Positions 9,783 to 19,675 of a stretch of 64,000 bases of DNA are shown piece by piece; position 1 is the stretch's first letter; each line of letters starts with the position of its first letter. This DNA is from Flavobacteriales bacterium. Its GTDB lineage: Bacteria > Bacteroidota > Bacteroidia > CAIKAF01. The translations under genes and the position numbers were made by a program. A model generated the notes under the pieces. It did not search any database, had not been told where the DNA came from, and saw only the letters and a list, made by a program, of their open reading frames with translations. Where the stretch lies: NCBI GenBank assembly GCA_022402535.1, contig JAKRSD010000020.1:221341-285340 (forward strand). Reading direction: 5' to 3'.

Positions 9783-11052
9783 GGATGTTTTTTTGACTGT
9801 TTTGTTTTACGTGTACCAAATAACCCTGTAACAGGGCTTCGAACATGAGGTCTCCAATTAAGTTATATCCGCTTCGGGTAAAATGAATTCTGTCAGAGGC
9901 GGCAAGTCCGTTTTTATCCCAAAGGGCCATACTGCCCAATCCGCCCATGATGCTGAACAAATCCCAGACGCCAAACCCGTGTTTGGTGGCGAGTTTTATC
10001 ATCACGTCGCGCACGTCGAGGGCATTTCGGTTTACATATTTTTTTTTGAAGTACGTGTCGTTATTGGTAACGAAAAGAATTGCTGTTTTGGGAGAAGCTT
10101 CCTTCACCATGGCGATAAACTTTTCGTAGTTCGATTCGAAAAATGCGGGCGAAAAGTTGGCCCCGTGGGCATCGTTTACCCCTACCCCGAAAATGACCAA
10201 ATCGGGTTGCAGTTGCCGGAGTTGGGTAACCAGGTGTACGCATTTTAGAAAAGAAGGAACAGCTGCTCCGTTTACTCCGATGGAATGAAATACAAATCCG
10301 GGATCATCATTAAACATCTGAATGCCATGTAAAGTAAACTCTCCCGTGCAATGAGGGCTTCTGCGGATAAAAACCTGAAGCGTTTCTACATGCGTTTTCA
10401 GCACAAACTCTGTAAAGGTGGAGCGGCGGTCTGTCCACACATAATCCACCAGTGCAGAATCGTAGAATGAAATATCGTAGGAGATATCCTCGGTGTTGTG
10501 ATAAATCCTAAACCGATTAAAATCATACGGTTCTGCATAGCGCACATCGCTGAAAATCGTGAGTGAGGAAAGGGTGTCGGATGTGGTGATGGATATTCCG
10601 GCAACTCCCAAATCACAGACAGTCTGCTGCACATTGCGACACGATTTCCAGTTCCCGGTAAATTGGGTGGTGAAATTGTATGGATTGTTGGTTCCTGCGG
10701 CTTTAAAAGGAAACACAAAACCTCTTGATCCTTTCACGCCGGGATAAAAAGTCTGTAACCGGCTTCTAAGTCTTCCGGTATGAATGTCGGCCTGCACGTG
10801 AGAACCTCCGAATTGCACAATGTTTATTTTCCCTTCCCCTCTTTCAAAAAGCCTGTCCATTTTTGCATAAAGCGCTTCAAACAAAGAACTGTCTTTATAA
10901 TGGCTGATTCGGTTCAGGTCGTACCGCACAAAATCGTATACCGGATTGGTGAAATGACTTTCAGGTAAGATTTGTTGAGCTGTTGCTGAGAAGGTTGCAA
11001 AACAAAACGCCCAAACGGTCAGTAAAAGATATGTCAGTCTTGTCAATTTCAA
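9772..11052 (-). CDS. Periplasmic SGNH/GDSL protein (PatB/Ape-like O-acetyltransferase or esterase)
   Basis: Signal peptide; QFGGSHVQAD, GVNGA, GVND, DRIHF motifs; overlaps the MBOAT start. Confidence 0.8.
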   Translation of the reverse strand: MKLTRLTYLLLTVWAFCFATFSATAQQILPESHFTNPVYDFVRYDLNRISHYKDSSLFEALYAKMDRLFERGEGKINIVQFGGSHVQADIHTGRLRSRLQTFYPGVKGSRGFVFPFKAAGTNNPYNFTTQFTGNWKSCRNVQQTVCDLGVAGISITTSDTLSSLTIFSDVRYAEPYDFNRFRIYHNTEDISYDISFYDSALVDYVWTDRRSTFTEFVLKTHVETLQVFIRRSPHCTGEFTLHGIQMFNDDPGFVFHSIGVNGAAVPSFLKCVHLVTQLRQLQPDLVIFGVGVNDAHGANFSPAFFESNYEKFIAMVKEASPKTAILFVTNNDTYFKKKYVNRNALDVRDVMIKLATKHGFGVWDLFSIMGGLGSMALWDKNGLAASDRIHFTRSGYNLIGDLMFEALLQGYLVHVKQNSQKNIHDN

Positions 11053-12482
11053 AGGGTACTCGTATTTCTCAGCGCATTCATCTGTTCTTTAAAACGGAAT
11101 TCGTTGTAATCATCAATCAGGGCACGGGTAAAAATCTCCGATATTTTTTCGGCTCCTTTACGGGTAAAGTGGATATAATCCGGACCCGCCAAGCCTTGCT
11201 TTACCCAGGTGGGCATCGAATTTTTTCCGCCCATGGCTTCAAACATATCCCAATAGGCGCATCCGTTTTCAAAGGAAGCTTCTTTCAGCGCATCCCGAAC
11301 TTCTTCCAGGTAAGGATAGGTCTGCATGTTGCTATTGATTCGTTTACTCATGTCGGACGGTCCGATAGTAATTACCGTGGCGGAAGGGCATTGCTCTTTT
11401 AAATAAGCCAATTGGGCCGAAAACTCTTCTTTGTATTTATCCACACTTTTAGGTCCGCTCACTGAGGGCATCATGTTTCCTCCAAACTCCATAATGATGA
11501 GACGGGTGTTCATCAGCTTGTGCATATTGCCGAAATTATCTTTCTGCACACGCGTAAAGCGGGTTCCTGCGCTTCCCCGCATCGGAATATTGTCTACGGT
11601 TATACCCCCGCCACCATCTACGGCAATACCGTAAATTTCAGGACTTGGCCCCTGAAAATTCAGATTAAAAATATTGCCTAGGGAATCTGCCTTCAATGTT
11701 ACCGCTTTTACAGAATTGGTGGGTGTTAATGTAGCTGTTTGGTTTACTTCAGTGCTGCTCAGGGTTACCCGGGTTTCTTCGGTATTGTTTCCGTAATAAA
11801 TGGTAATCCTGCGGATGTCTTTATTTCGGGGAAACCCGATATTGGATTTACTGAAACGAATAGATGCTGAATTGCCCGAATAGCTGCAAACAGCCAACAT
11901 CGCTCCGTATCGGTTGTGTTCGGCTTTTTGTTCAGTCATACCGAAAATGGCATTTCGTGTCCAATTTTCCGAAGCGCTTTGAAAAATGGAACTGGCAGAT
12001 ATAGGCTGAACGGCCGGAACCATTCCCGCTCCGCTTCCTCCAAAAAGCTCTTGAAGCCTATCGCGCAAATATCCCGAAATACGGTCACCTTCAATCTGAG
12101 AATCTCCGTAATGCACAACCCGAATGAGGGTTTTATTGGTGTCGGCCCTGAGTAAATCTAACTCCCTGAAAAAGTCATCAAAAACTGATTTGTTTTTTTT
12201 GGGATACTGGATACGCGAAAGGTCATTGGGGTCGGCCGTGAAAATTTTCAATGAATCGGCCAGCGAAAGGGAATCTTTGATAAATAAAGAATCGCGTTTT
12301 ATTTTTTCGGCAAAATCGATGTTTTTGTACTCAATGCCTTCGCTAAATAATTCTTCAAAACTGATAAACCGGAGTGAAATAGACTCATTGATTTTAATAC
12401 CATCTTTCGGGAAAACCAACATGATTCCCGAAAGCAGAAAGAAAACAGATAAAATAAAAAGGAGTACGTTTTGCGGTTTCAT
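11049..12482 (-). CDS. Membrane-anchored SGNH/GDSL protein
   Basis: N-terminal TM; HYGDSQIEGD, FGGN, DYIHF motifs; 4-nt overlap with the next gene. Confidence 0.8.
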   Translation of the reverse strand: MKPQNVLLFILSVFFLLSGIMLVFPKDGIKINESISLRFISFEELFSEGIEYKNIDFAEKIKRDSLFIKDSLSLADSLKIFTADPNDLSRIQYPKKNKSVFDDFFRELDLLRADTNKTLIRVVHYGDSQIEGDRISGYLRDRLQELFGGSGAGMVPAVQPISASSIFQSASENWTRNAIFGMTEQKAEHNRYGAMLAVCSYSGNSASIRFSKSNIGFPRNKDIRRITIYYGNNTEETRVTLSSTEVNQTATLTPTNSVKAVTLKADSLGNIFNLNFQGPSPEIYGIAVDGGGGITVDNIPMRGSAGTRFTRVQKDNFGNMHKLMNTRLIIMEFGGNMMPSVSGPKSVDKYKEEFSAQLAYLKEQCPSATVITIGPSDMSKRINSNMQTYPYLEEVRDALKEASFENGCAYWDMFEAMGGKNSMPTWVKQGLAGPDYIHFTRKGAEKISEIFTRALIDDYNEFRFKEQMNALRNTSTL

Positions 12483-12519
12483 TATGTAGACAAAAGTAAT
12501 GGAAGCGGATAAGTAAACT

Positions 12520-13668
12520 CTACCTTTTAGTAATTATTATGCTGATGGCATTTCCGCCGAATCCGGTAGCGTTCACCATAATGTGTTTCAATTCGGAAGG
12601 CGTATTATTTTGACCCACCGCCTCGTAAGGCAATTCGGGTATTTTTCCGTGCTTCAATAGCGTACAGGCCAACACCATAGACAAAACTCCCGATGCGCCC
12701 AGCGTATGTCCGCACACATGTTTATTGGTAAACAGGCGGGGCGGGTTTTCAAACAACTGTTGAATGGCTTTCCATTCTGCATTATCGCCTTTTCGGGTGC
12801 CCGGAGCGTGGGTAATAATGGCGTCGGGTGATTTTATTTTCGCATGTTGCAGTGCATTTTGCATCGATTCATAAAGAGCGGTTCCTTCTTCCGAAATGCC
12901 CGATGCCGAAAAACTCTGTTCGTTGGCCATGCCAATACCCGAAATGAAAAACTCGGCTTCAGGGGATTTTTCTTCCGAAGCAAGGGCAAACACTGCCGCT
13001 CCTTCACCCAGCGCCATGCCGGTTGCCGGTTTTTGGGCCGAAAGGGGTTTTACGGGGAAAGAATCTTCATTCGGTGGGACCGTAATTTTAAGCCGGCTCA
13101 TTTGTATTTGGGTGAAAGCCGTCAACGGAGCCTCCGTACCGCCTACCCACGCAAAATCGGCCATGCCGCTTAGAATCCAGGCTGCCGCATTGGCAACCGC
13201 CTGAGAACCGCTTCCACAAGTAACGGAATGGTCAACAACCAGCGTTTTCCCGGACAGCATTTTGGCAATGTGCGACGAAATATTACCGGGCGTAGTATAC
13301 GGTGAAGATTTTGTGGAGCAGTTTCCGGTTTCCTGAAAGGCCTTAAATTCATTTTCCCAGGTTTGGGTAGCCCCGCGTGAAGAACCGATATTGACCAGGA
13401 TGCGTCCTTCAATAGATTTAGAAAGCGACTGCAAGCAGGATGTTGTGGCGGCAGCCGCAAGTTTTACGGTTCTATCCAGCCGGTTTCCATCATGAAGCGG
13501 CTCCACAGCTTTTTCTATTGTGGCAGAGAGTGATTTGGGAACAGAAAATTGAATACCGTAACCGGTGTGTTCACAAGGAGCTTGGACGGCTGTTAATTGG
13601 GCGAGCAGCTCTTCTTCCGTATTCCCGACAGCACTGATAAATCCATATCCCAAAATCGCCAGCCTCAT
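12520..13668 (-). CDS. Beta-ketoacyl synthase (FabF/FabB-like), stand-alone
   Basis: SVTCGSG (Cys), THAPGT (His), GHTLGASG (His), LGEGAA, GFGGN. Confidence 0.85.
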   Translation of the reverse strand: MRLAILGYGFISAVGNTEEELLAQLTAVQAPCEHTGYGIQFSVPKSLSATIEKAVEPLHDGNRLDRTVKLAAAATTSCLQSLSKSIEGRILVNIGSSRGATQTWENEFKAFQETGNCSTKSSPYTTPGNISSHIAKMLSGKTLVVDHSVTCGSGSQAVANAAAWILSGMADFAWVGGTEAPLTAFTQIQMSRLKITVPPNEDSFPVKPLSAQKPATGMALGEGAAVFALASEEKSPEAEFFISGIGMANEQSFSASGISEEGTALYESMQNALQHAKIKSPDAIITHAPGTRKGDNAEWKAIQQLFENPPRLFTNKHVCGHTLGASGVLSMVLACTLLKHGKIPELPYEAVGQNNTPSELKHIMVNATGFGGNAISIIITKR

Positions 13669-13737
13669 GGTTCAACTCCTTTCATGCGGCAAAGGTAAAA
13701 AACCGGTTGGCAGTTCATAAAAGGCAAATCGAACAGG

Positions 13738-15156
13738 CTATATGGAATCTAATTTTTTGAGAAACCAGCTTAAATCCAGCACATTTTTTTCGGCAGAAAG
13801 TTCTTCATGCATTTTGCGGGCGCCTTTTTTATCGCGTTCCATTTTTAGCTTCATCAGCTGTTTTATGGTTTTTATAAACTGCAAGTGTGCCTCTTTTTGG
13901 AAATCGGCAATCTGATTGTTCCGTCTGAGGTACATGTAGAACGATTCGGTTAAGGCATAAAAGGCATCCAGATTTTCGGTTTCGTAATAAATTTTGAGCA
14001 ACAGGCATTTGGCGCCAAGCAGATAAAAAATATCCATCAGGTCGGCATTGGCCAGAAAACGAAGGGCTTTTTTATAGTTCTTTTTGGCATATTCGAGCCA
14101 GGCCATGTTGTAGTTTACCGCATTTTCGCGGGTTTTGGGGTCCAGTTTGTCTTTATAATCATCAATAAACTGTTCTATCCAGTCAAATTCTTCGAGCCTG
14201 ATTCCTACCGTAACAATGTTTTTAAATACGTTCGGACGCACATATCCGTTTTCAAAAATGGCATCAAGGGCAATCATTTTTTTATACAGATGAAAAATCT
14301 CTTTAAGATATTCAGGGTGACCACTGTTTATGCGGTTGGTGCAGAAGTTTTGTGCAAATACATACATATCCACCAGTTCTTCTTTCGAAAATTCATCTGC
14401 ATGGGTTTCCAATAGTTCCAGAAGCCTTCTGTAGTGGTCATCTTCTTCTGGATGAGTGTGCATCAGCACGATACGTTCATAAATTTCAACGGCGGTATGT
14501 CCTTTAAATTTTCCATCGGAAATATAGGTTACAATTTCTTCCAGAAAAGGTTTGTTGTAACTCACTTTCAATAACATTTCACGGGTTAACATTTCGCCCG
14601 AATGCTTGAGTTTATTGGTGATGTAAAACAAATCAAGGTAATTAACCAGCGTCTGAAGATTGTTGTCTAAAGAGCGTGACTTGAGCCGTTGTGAAAACGT
14701 GTAAGCTTTTTCTTCGAGCAGGTATTGGTTAAAAAACCAGCCGGCATCTTTGATAGGGGCCTTCAACTGCACTTTTATCGAGTCTTCAAAAATTTGATTG
14801 AAGTATTTTTCCAGACCCCGCCGCTCGTAATAATCTAAAAGTAGCAGCTTTTTGCGGACAGGTTCGCTGGAAAGCTCGCGGATGATGATAAACTCTTCCA
14901 GCATTTTGGCTAAATCAGAAAATAAATGCCTGAGTTTACTTTCTTCATATTTTTCTTTGGGAAAGAGTTTTTTGAAGAGATTCTCTTTTTCCAGTGCAGG
15001 AGACTCCATTTTAGGATGCTCTTTTTTGAGCAGTTTGAACAATGAACGCACCTGAATATTGCCCGAAAAAAAGTCGGAATCAATAAATTTTTCAAAATCT
15101 CGAAGCTCCCAAACGGTAAATTGTTTTAAAATCTGAACAGGTTTACTTTTAATCAT
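13738..15156 (-). CDS. Uncharacterised helical/TPR-like cytoplasmic protein
   Basis: 472-aa ORF, no signal peptide, TPR-like segment (YNMAWLEYAKKNYKKALRFL). Confidence 0.7.
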   Translation of the reverse strand: MIKSKPVQILKQFTVWELRDFEKFIDSDFFSGNIQVRSLFKLLKKEHPKMESPALEKENLFKKLFPKEKYEESKLRHLFSDLAKMLEEFIIIRELSSEPVRKKLLLLDYYERRGLEKYFNQIFEDSIKVQLKAPIKDAGWFFNQYLLEEKAYTFSQRLKSRSLDNNLQTLVNYLDLFYITNKLKHSGEMLTREMLLKVSYNKPFLEEIVTYISDGKFKGHTAVEIYERIVLMHTHPEEDDHYRRLLELLETHADEFSKEELVDMYVFAQNFCTNRINSGHPEYLKEIFHLYKKMIALDAIFENGYVRPNVFKNIVTVGIRLEEFDWIEQFIDDYKDKLDPKTRENAVNYNMAWLEYAKKNYKKALRFLANADLMDIFYLLGAKCLLLKIYYETENLDAFYALTESFYMYLRRNNQIADFQKEAHLQFIKTIKQLMKLKMERDKKGARKMHEELSAEKNVLDLSWFLKKLDSI

Positions 15157-15384
15157 GTACGAAGGGTTTCGGTCTAAAGTTAATGCTTAATATATCAAAT
15201 TCAATCGCTTTCCGACAGACTTTTTAACCCCAATGTTTGTCAATTCATATATTTTCAATAACTTAGCCATTCAATTTATTTTTAAATCTGCCTAAAATTC
15301 AGATTACCTTTCCGATAAAGTGTAAAATTTGTTATTGGTACTTATTTTAAATAGGTTGAATTTTGATAAAAATAGGAGGTTGAT

Positions 15385-16113
15385 ATGAAAACAAGAACTA
15401 CTCTTTTCCGAATTGCCGTTTCAGGACTATTTGTTTTGGGAGGGCTAAGTGCCGGTTTTTCACAACATCAGGACCAAAGTGTTGAGCCGCTGGTGTCGAA
15501 ATCATACACGTATATTATTGAAATTTCGCCCGAGTTTAGAGAGAAAAACGCAGGAGCTATTCGTTTTGGCGCCAGTAATCCTAATATTTTGTTTTCTGCC
15601 ATTAATCCTTTGGATTATACCATGCCGTTGATGGTGGAACTAAATATTCCTGAAGGAATACCCATGTCTTCCTACGTAGAAATGGATGCAGGTCTGCCCC
15701 TGTGGCATGTTACCGTGGCCGATATTTTGGGTAATGCGGAACACGATGATGTCTCTTTCCGTCCTGCGGGGGCTCCCTCGGGTAATCACGATCATTCTAC
15801 ATCCATTGTAGTACCTCCTTACATAGGTGGAGGCACACCCGGCGGTGGCCAAAATTCCACAACGCCTAAATTTCCGGTTTCTTTATATCCCAATCCTGCT
15901 ACAGACAATATTCACATTGTTACCGAAGGCGAAATACTTTGGGGCGTGACGGAAATACTAGACATTACAGGTAAAAAAATGGGTGAGTGGCCCATCGGAG
16001 CGGCGTCTGACCGAGCCACCATTGATGTATCATCTTTAAGACCCGGCATTTACATTATACGGTTCCGTACAGACAAAGAAACGTATGCTAAAAAGTTTCA
16101 GGTAAGCAGATAA
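15385..16113 (+). CDS. Small secreted protein with T9SS type A C-terminal sorting domain
   Basis: Signal peptide; LYPNPATD...IDVSSLRPGIYIIR...KKFQV C-terminus. Confidence 0.85.
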   Translation: MKTRTTLFRIAVSGLFVLGGLSAGFSQHQDQSVEPLVSKSYTYIIEISPEFREKNAGAIRFGASNPNILFSAINPLDYTMPLMVELNIPEGIPMSSYVEMDAGLPLWHVTVADILGNAEHDDVSFRPAGAPSGNHDHSTSIVVPPYIGGGTPGGGQNSTTPKFPVSLYPNPATDNIHIVTEGEILWGVTEILDITGKKMGEWPIGAASDRATIDVSSLRPGIYIIRFRTDKETYAKKFQVSR

Positions 16114-16137
16114 TTGTTCAAACTTTAATTGAGATAT

Positions 16138-16168
16138 AAGCCGTTGCATGTTATGCGACGGCTTTTTT
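16138..16168 (+). terminator. Intrinsic terminator
   Basis: AAGCCGTTGCAT-GTT-ATGCGACGGCTT plus T-tract. Confidence 0.8.
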
Positions 16169-16293
16169 GTAAACATTAGTGAACTAAAAACCAATTATTA
16201 AGATTCATATTTATTGAAAAAAGTATTAAGTGCCTTTGCTTCCTGCTCCTATTTGAATACATTTGACTAATACATACAACCAAATCCCTTATT

Positions 16294-16503
16294 ATGGAAT
16301 CAGGATTTAATGCAGAAAGCCCCGAAGAAAAAAAACGCAGAGAAAGAGCCGAGTTTGAAAACTTTTTCATTCAGGAAAAAATGCGCGAAGAAGCACGAAA
16401 TAAAAAAATCATTACTCTCGTAATTATTTTTGGTGTGGGAGTCCCCTTGGTTTTTTCCATAATATATGTGATTGCCATGGTGGCTTTAGGGGCCTTTGGT
16501 TAA
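16294..16503 (+). CDS. Small tail-anchored membrane protein
   Basis: Charged N-terminus plus C-terminal hydrophobic stretch; TACATTTG promoter just upstream and hairpin terminator downstream. Confidence 0.65.
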   Translation: MESGFNAESPEEKKRRERAEFENFFIQEKMREEARNKKIITLVIIFGVGVPLVFSIIYVIAMVALGAFG

Positions 16504-16518
16504 CAAAAAAACATATTT

Positions 16519-16550
16519 AAGACGGCTCATCCTCGGGGTGGGCCGTTTTT
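16519..16550 (+). terminator. Intrinsic terminator
   Basis: GACGGCTCATCC-TCG-GGGTGGGCCGTT plus T-tract. Confidence 0.75.
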
Positions 16551-16583
16551 GTTTCGGGTAAGCCCATTTCATGCGATAAAATT

Positions 16584-16591
16584 TACCTTTG
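16584..16591 (+). promoter_or_regulatory. Bacteroidota housekeeping promoter -7 element for aspS
   Basis: TACCTTTG matches TAnnTTTG, 20 nt before the ATG. Confidence 0.7.
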
Positions 16592-16611
16592 CATCCTAAA
16601 TTTTCATTTCC

Positions 16612-18357
16612 ATGTTCAGAACGCACACCTGTGGTGAATTACGCTTATCAGACTCCGGCAAAACGGTTACCTTGGCAGGATGGGTTAAAAAAAGCCGCGA
16701 CCTGGGTGGCATGACCTTTATTGATCTGCGCGACCGCTACGGCATTACCCAATTGGCATTTAACATGGAAACTGATGCGGCACTCTGCGCCGAAGCCCGA
16801 AAACTGGGTCGCGAATTTGTGATTCAGGCTACGGGAACCGTTACCGAACGCAGCAGCAAAAATGAGCGCATCCCCACCGGGGAGGTAGAAATCATTGTAA
16901 CTTCGTTCCGTGTGCTCAATTCCTCACAGACTCCGCCCTTTACCATTGAAGAAGAAACCGACGGAGGCGACGAACTCCGCATGAAATACCGTTATCTGGA
17001 TCTGCGCCGCGATACCGTGCGCCGCAATCTGGAACTGCGCCACAGAATGGGTTCTGAAACCCGTAAATATTTAGATTCCCTGGAATTTATTGAAGTGGAA
17101 ACTCCCGTGCTCATCAAATCCACTCCGGAGGGCGCCCGCGATTTTGTAGTGCCCTCGCGCATGAATCCCGGTGAGTTTTATGCATTGCCCCAATCTCCCC
17201 AAACCTTCAAGCAACTGCTGATGGTTTCAGGGTTTGATAAATATTACCAGATTGTAAAATGTTTCCGCGACGAAGATTTGCGGGCCGACCGTCAGCCGGA
17301 ATTTACGCAGATAGACTGCGAAATGAGTTTTGTGGAGCAGGAAGATATCCTGAACACCTTTGAAGGATTGGTTCGCCACCTGTTTAAAACGGTAAAAGGG
17401 ATAGATATACCGCCCATGCAGCGCATGACCTATGCCGATGCCATGCGGCTTTACGGTTCCGACAAACCCGACATTCGTTTTGGGATGCCCTTTGTGGAAC
17501 TGAACGATTTGGTAAAAAACAAAGGTTTTAAAGTATTTGACGATGCCGAACTCGTGGTGGGAATCAATGCCGGAGGAGCCGCTGAGTTTACCCGTAAACA
17601 GCTGGACGAACTCACCGAGTTTGTGAAACGCCCTCAGATAGGCGCTACCGGACTGGTGTATGCCCGTTTTAATGCCGACGGAACCCTGAAATCGAGCGTG
17701 GATAAATTTTACGATGAAAACGAACTGAAAATCTGGGCCTCGGCTTTTGACGCCAAACCCGGCGACCTGATGCTGATACTGGCCGGCCCTGCTGATAAAG
17801 TGCGCAAACAGCTCAACGAGCTTCGCCTCGAAATGGGTAACCGCCTTGGACTTCGCTCCAAAGACCATTATGTATGCCACTGGGTGGTTGATTTTCCGTT
17901 GTTGGAATTTGACGAAGAAAGCGGCCGTTACCACGCCATGCACCATCCGTTTACCTCGCCCAAACCCGAAGACATCCACCTGCTCGACAGCAATCCCGGT
18001 GCCGTGCGTGCCAATGCGTACGACATGGTGATCAACGGGGTGGAAGTAGGCGGAGGATCTATCCGGATTTACGACCGCGATTTACAGATGCGCATGTTCC
18101 GTCTGTTGGGTTTTAGCGAAGAAGAAGCCCGCAAACAGTTTGGGTTTCTGATGAATGCCTTTGAATACGGAGCGCCACCGCATGGCGGGATAGCTTTCGG
18201 GTTCGATCGTCTGTGTTCGCTCTTTGGAGGCGCAGATGTGATCCGCGATTTTATTGCCTTCCCCAAAAACAACGCAGGCCGCGATGTAATGATTGATTCC
18301 CCTTCTTCCATTGCCGAAGAACAACTGAAAGAACTGAATATACAACTGAGGGGATAA
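16612..18357 (+). CDS. aspS: Aspartate--tRNA ligase
   Basis: [58 protein letters not shown]. Confidence 0.97.
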   Translation: MFRTHTCGELRLSDSGKTVTLAGWVKKSRDLGGMTFIDLRDRYGITQLAFNMETDAALCAEARKLGREFVIQATGTVTERSSKNERIPTGEVEIIVTSFRVLNSSQTPPFTIEEETDGGDELRMKYRYLDLRRDTVRRNLELRHRMGSETRKYLDSLEFIEVETPVLIKSTPEGARDFVVPSRMNPGEFYALPQSPQTFKQLLMVSGFDKYYQIVKCFRDEDLRADRQPEFTQIDCEMSFVEQEDILNTFEGLVRHLFKTVKGIDIPPMQRMTYADAMRLYGSDKPDIRFGMPFVELNDLVKNKGFKVFDDAELVVGINAGGAAEFTRKQLDELTEFVKRPQIGATGLVYARFNADGTLKSSVDKFYDENELKIWASAFDAKPGDLMLILAGPADKVRKQLNELRLEMGNRLGLRSKDHYVCHWVVDFPLLEFDEESGRYHAMHHPFTSPKPEDIHLLDSNPGAVRANAYDMVINGVEVGGGSIRIYDRDLQMRMFRLLGFSEEEARKQFGFLMNAFEYGAPPHGGIAFGFDRLCSLFGGADVIRDFIAFPKNNAGRDVMIDSPSSIAEEQLKELNIQLRG

Positions 18358-18385
18358 AGCGATTCTGATTACAGCTTGTGTTAAG

Positions 18386-18470
18386 CGGATTTAAATTCCG
18401 AAGGTAAGGGTTTACGGATTACACCAAAGCGCAGCCCCCGATTGCTATCGAGGGGCACATAGTAAATCCG
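18386..18470. repeat. REP-like CGGATTnnAAnnCCG palindromes; the second is interrupted by copy 2 of the 40-bp mini-repeat (18425-18464)
   Basis: CGGATTTAAATTCCG at 18386; CGGATTACA[41 bp]AATCCG at 18415-18470. Confidence 0.7.
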
Positions 18471-18536
18471 AAAGAGCACATGTCCCGATGAGCAGTAGGA
18501 GTGTATATTATTCTTTTGTCACATATATGCCGACTA

Positions 18537-19577
18537 CTATTTTATGGTGTAACTTACATTTCGTCCGCTACCTTGTTTTTCAATCAAACCTTTATTGATT
18601 AACTCCGATAAAATACGCTTTACGGTAGGGGATGGTATGGCCAATTTTTCAGAAATTTCGCCTGATTGAATGTTGGGGCGATTTTGAATAATCGTAAAAA
18701 TTGATTTTTCCTTGGGTAAAAGTTGTGTTTCTATCCCGCTTTTGTTCAATTTTTCTATAAGTTGCATTTGAATATTTGACAAACAACTCAAAAAAAACTG
18801 CATCCAAGCGGTTACATCCTCATTAGGGCGCATTGCCTGACAACTTCTAAGTACCTGATAATACTCACTTTTTCGGTTTTCAATCTCGTGTTCAAAACTT
18901 ACATATTGTATCCATTTATATCCGTTTTTAAGCAATAATAACGCAGAAATTAAGCGACTCAACCTGCCATTTCCGTCTTGAAAAGGATGAATACTCAAAA
19001 AATCATAGACAAAAGAGGCTATTTTGATTAATGGATGCACTTCGGTTTCGGAATTATACCAATTGAGCAACTTTCTTATGGCATCTTCGGTAGCAATTCC
19101 TGCTTCGGTTGTCTGAAAAACGATTTGCCTTGTGCCATCTGGAAATGAGGCCTCTACCGCGTTGTCATGTGCCTTATAATTACCTTTGTGCCATTGGTCT
19201 TTGGCACTATATTTCATCAAACTGTTATGTAAACTTTTGATATGACTTTCGGTAAGATTAATGGAAAGGTATGATTCCGAAATCAAATCCAATACTTCAA
19301 AATAGCCGACTACTTCCTGCGAATCCCTGTCAGTGAGTTTCGTAATATCAATTTTTTGAAGAAGTACGTCAACTTCTTCATCACTCATTTTGTTGCCTTC
19401 AATTCGGTTTGATGCCCCTACGCTTCTAACCGTAGCAATGCTTTTCAACTCTTTAAGACTTTGTCCTTCCTTTCTTTCAATCGCTGTCCATTTAGCATCA
19501 AAACGATCTATTTCACTGATTAAATTAATTAACTTCCAATCAATACCCAATTTAAAATTATATACCCTCCCACTCAT
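18537..19577 (-). CDS. Fic family protein with C-terminal winged HTH
   Basis: HPFQDGNGRLSR Fic motif; SNRIEGN inhibitory motif N-terminal to it; C-terminal EISEKLAIPSPTVKRILSELINKGLI. Confidence 0.92.
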   Translation of the reverse strand: MSGRVYNFKLGIDWKLINLISEIDRFDAKWTAIERKEGQSLKELKSIATVRSVGASNRIEGNKMSDEEVDVLLQKIDITKLTDRDSQEVVGYFEVLDLISESYLSINLTESHIKSLHNSLMKYSAKDQWHKGNYKAHDNAVEASFPDGTRQIVFQTTEAGIATEDAIRKLLNWYNSETEVHPLIKIASFVYDFLSIHPFQDGNGRLSRLISALLLLKNGYKWIQYVSFEHEIENRKSEYYQVLRSCQAMRPNEDVTAWMQFFLSCLSNIQMQLIEKLNKSGIETQLLPKEKSIFTIIQNRPNIQSGEISEKLAIPSPTVKRILSELINKGLIEKQGSGRNVSYTIK

Positions 19578-19581
19578 TTTA

Positions 19582-19675
19582 ATACGTTTTGATACGCAAA
19601 TATACGATTAGGATTTGAAACCGCAACCACTAAATGATTCGATTTGATACGATTAGATTTGATATGATACGAATC
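19582..19675 (-). promoter_or_regulatory. fic promoter region with phased direct repeats
   Basis: TATATTTG -7 box (minus strand, 19597-19604); ATACG at 19582/19592/19602/19647/19667; GATNN pentamer run 19636-19675. Confidence 0.6.

Noticed and set aside
8037..13668. KAS + MBOAT as one lipid biosynthetic cluster
   Set aside because: A separate promoter lies between them, there is no ACP, and the MBOAT is AlgI/PatA-type with SGNH partners
17227..17979. 250-aa antisense ORF in aspS (and similar shadow ORFs at 6648, 58088, 60156)
   Set aside because: Antisense shadows of well-supported genes with no motifs of their own
19636..19675. CRISPR array or iterons
   Set aside because: 5-bp units with no spacers, and no cas or rep genes
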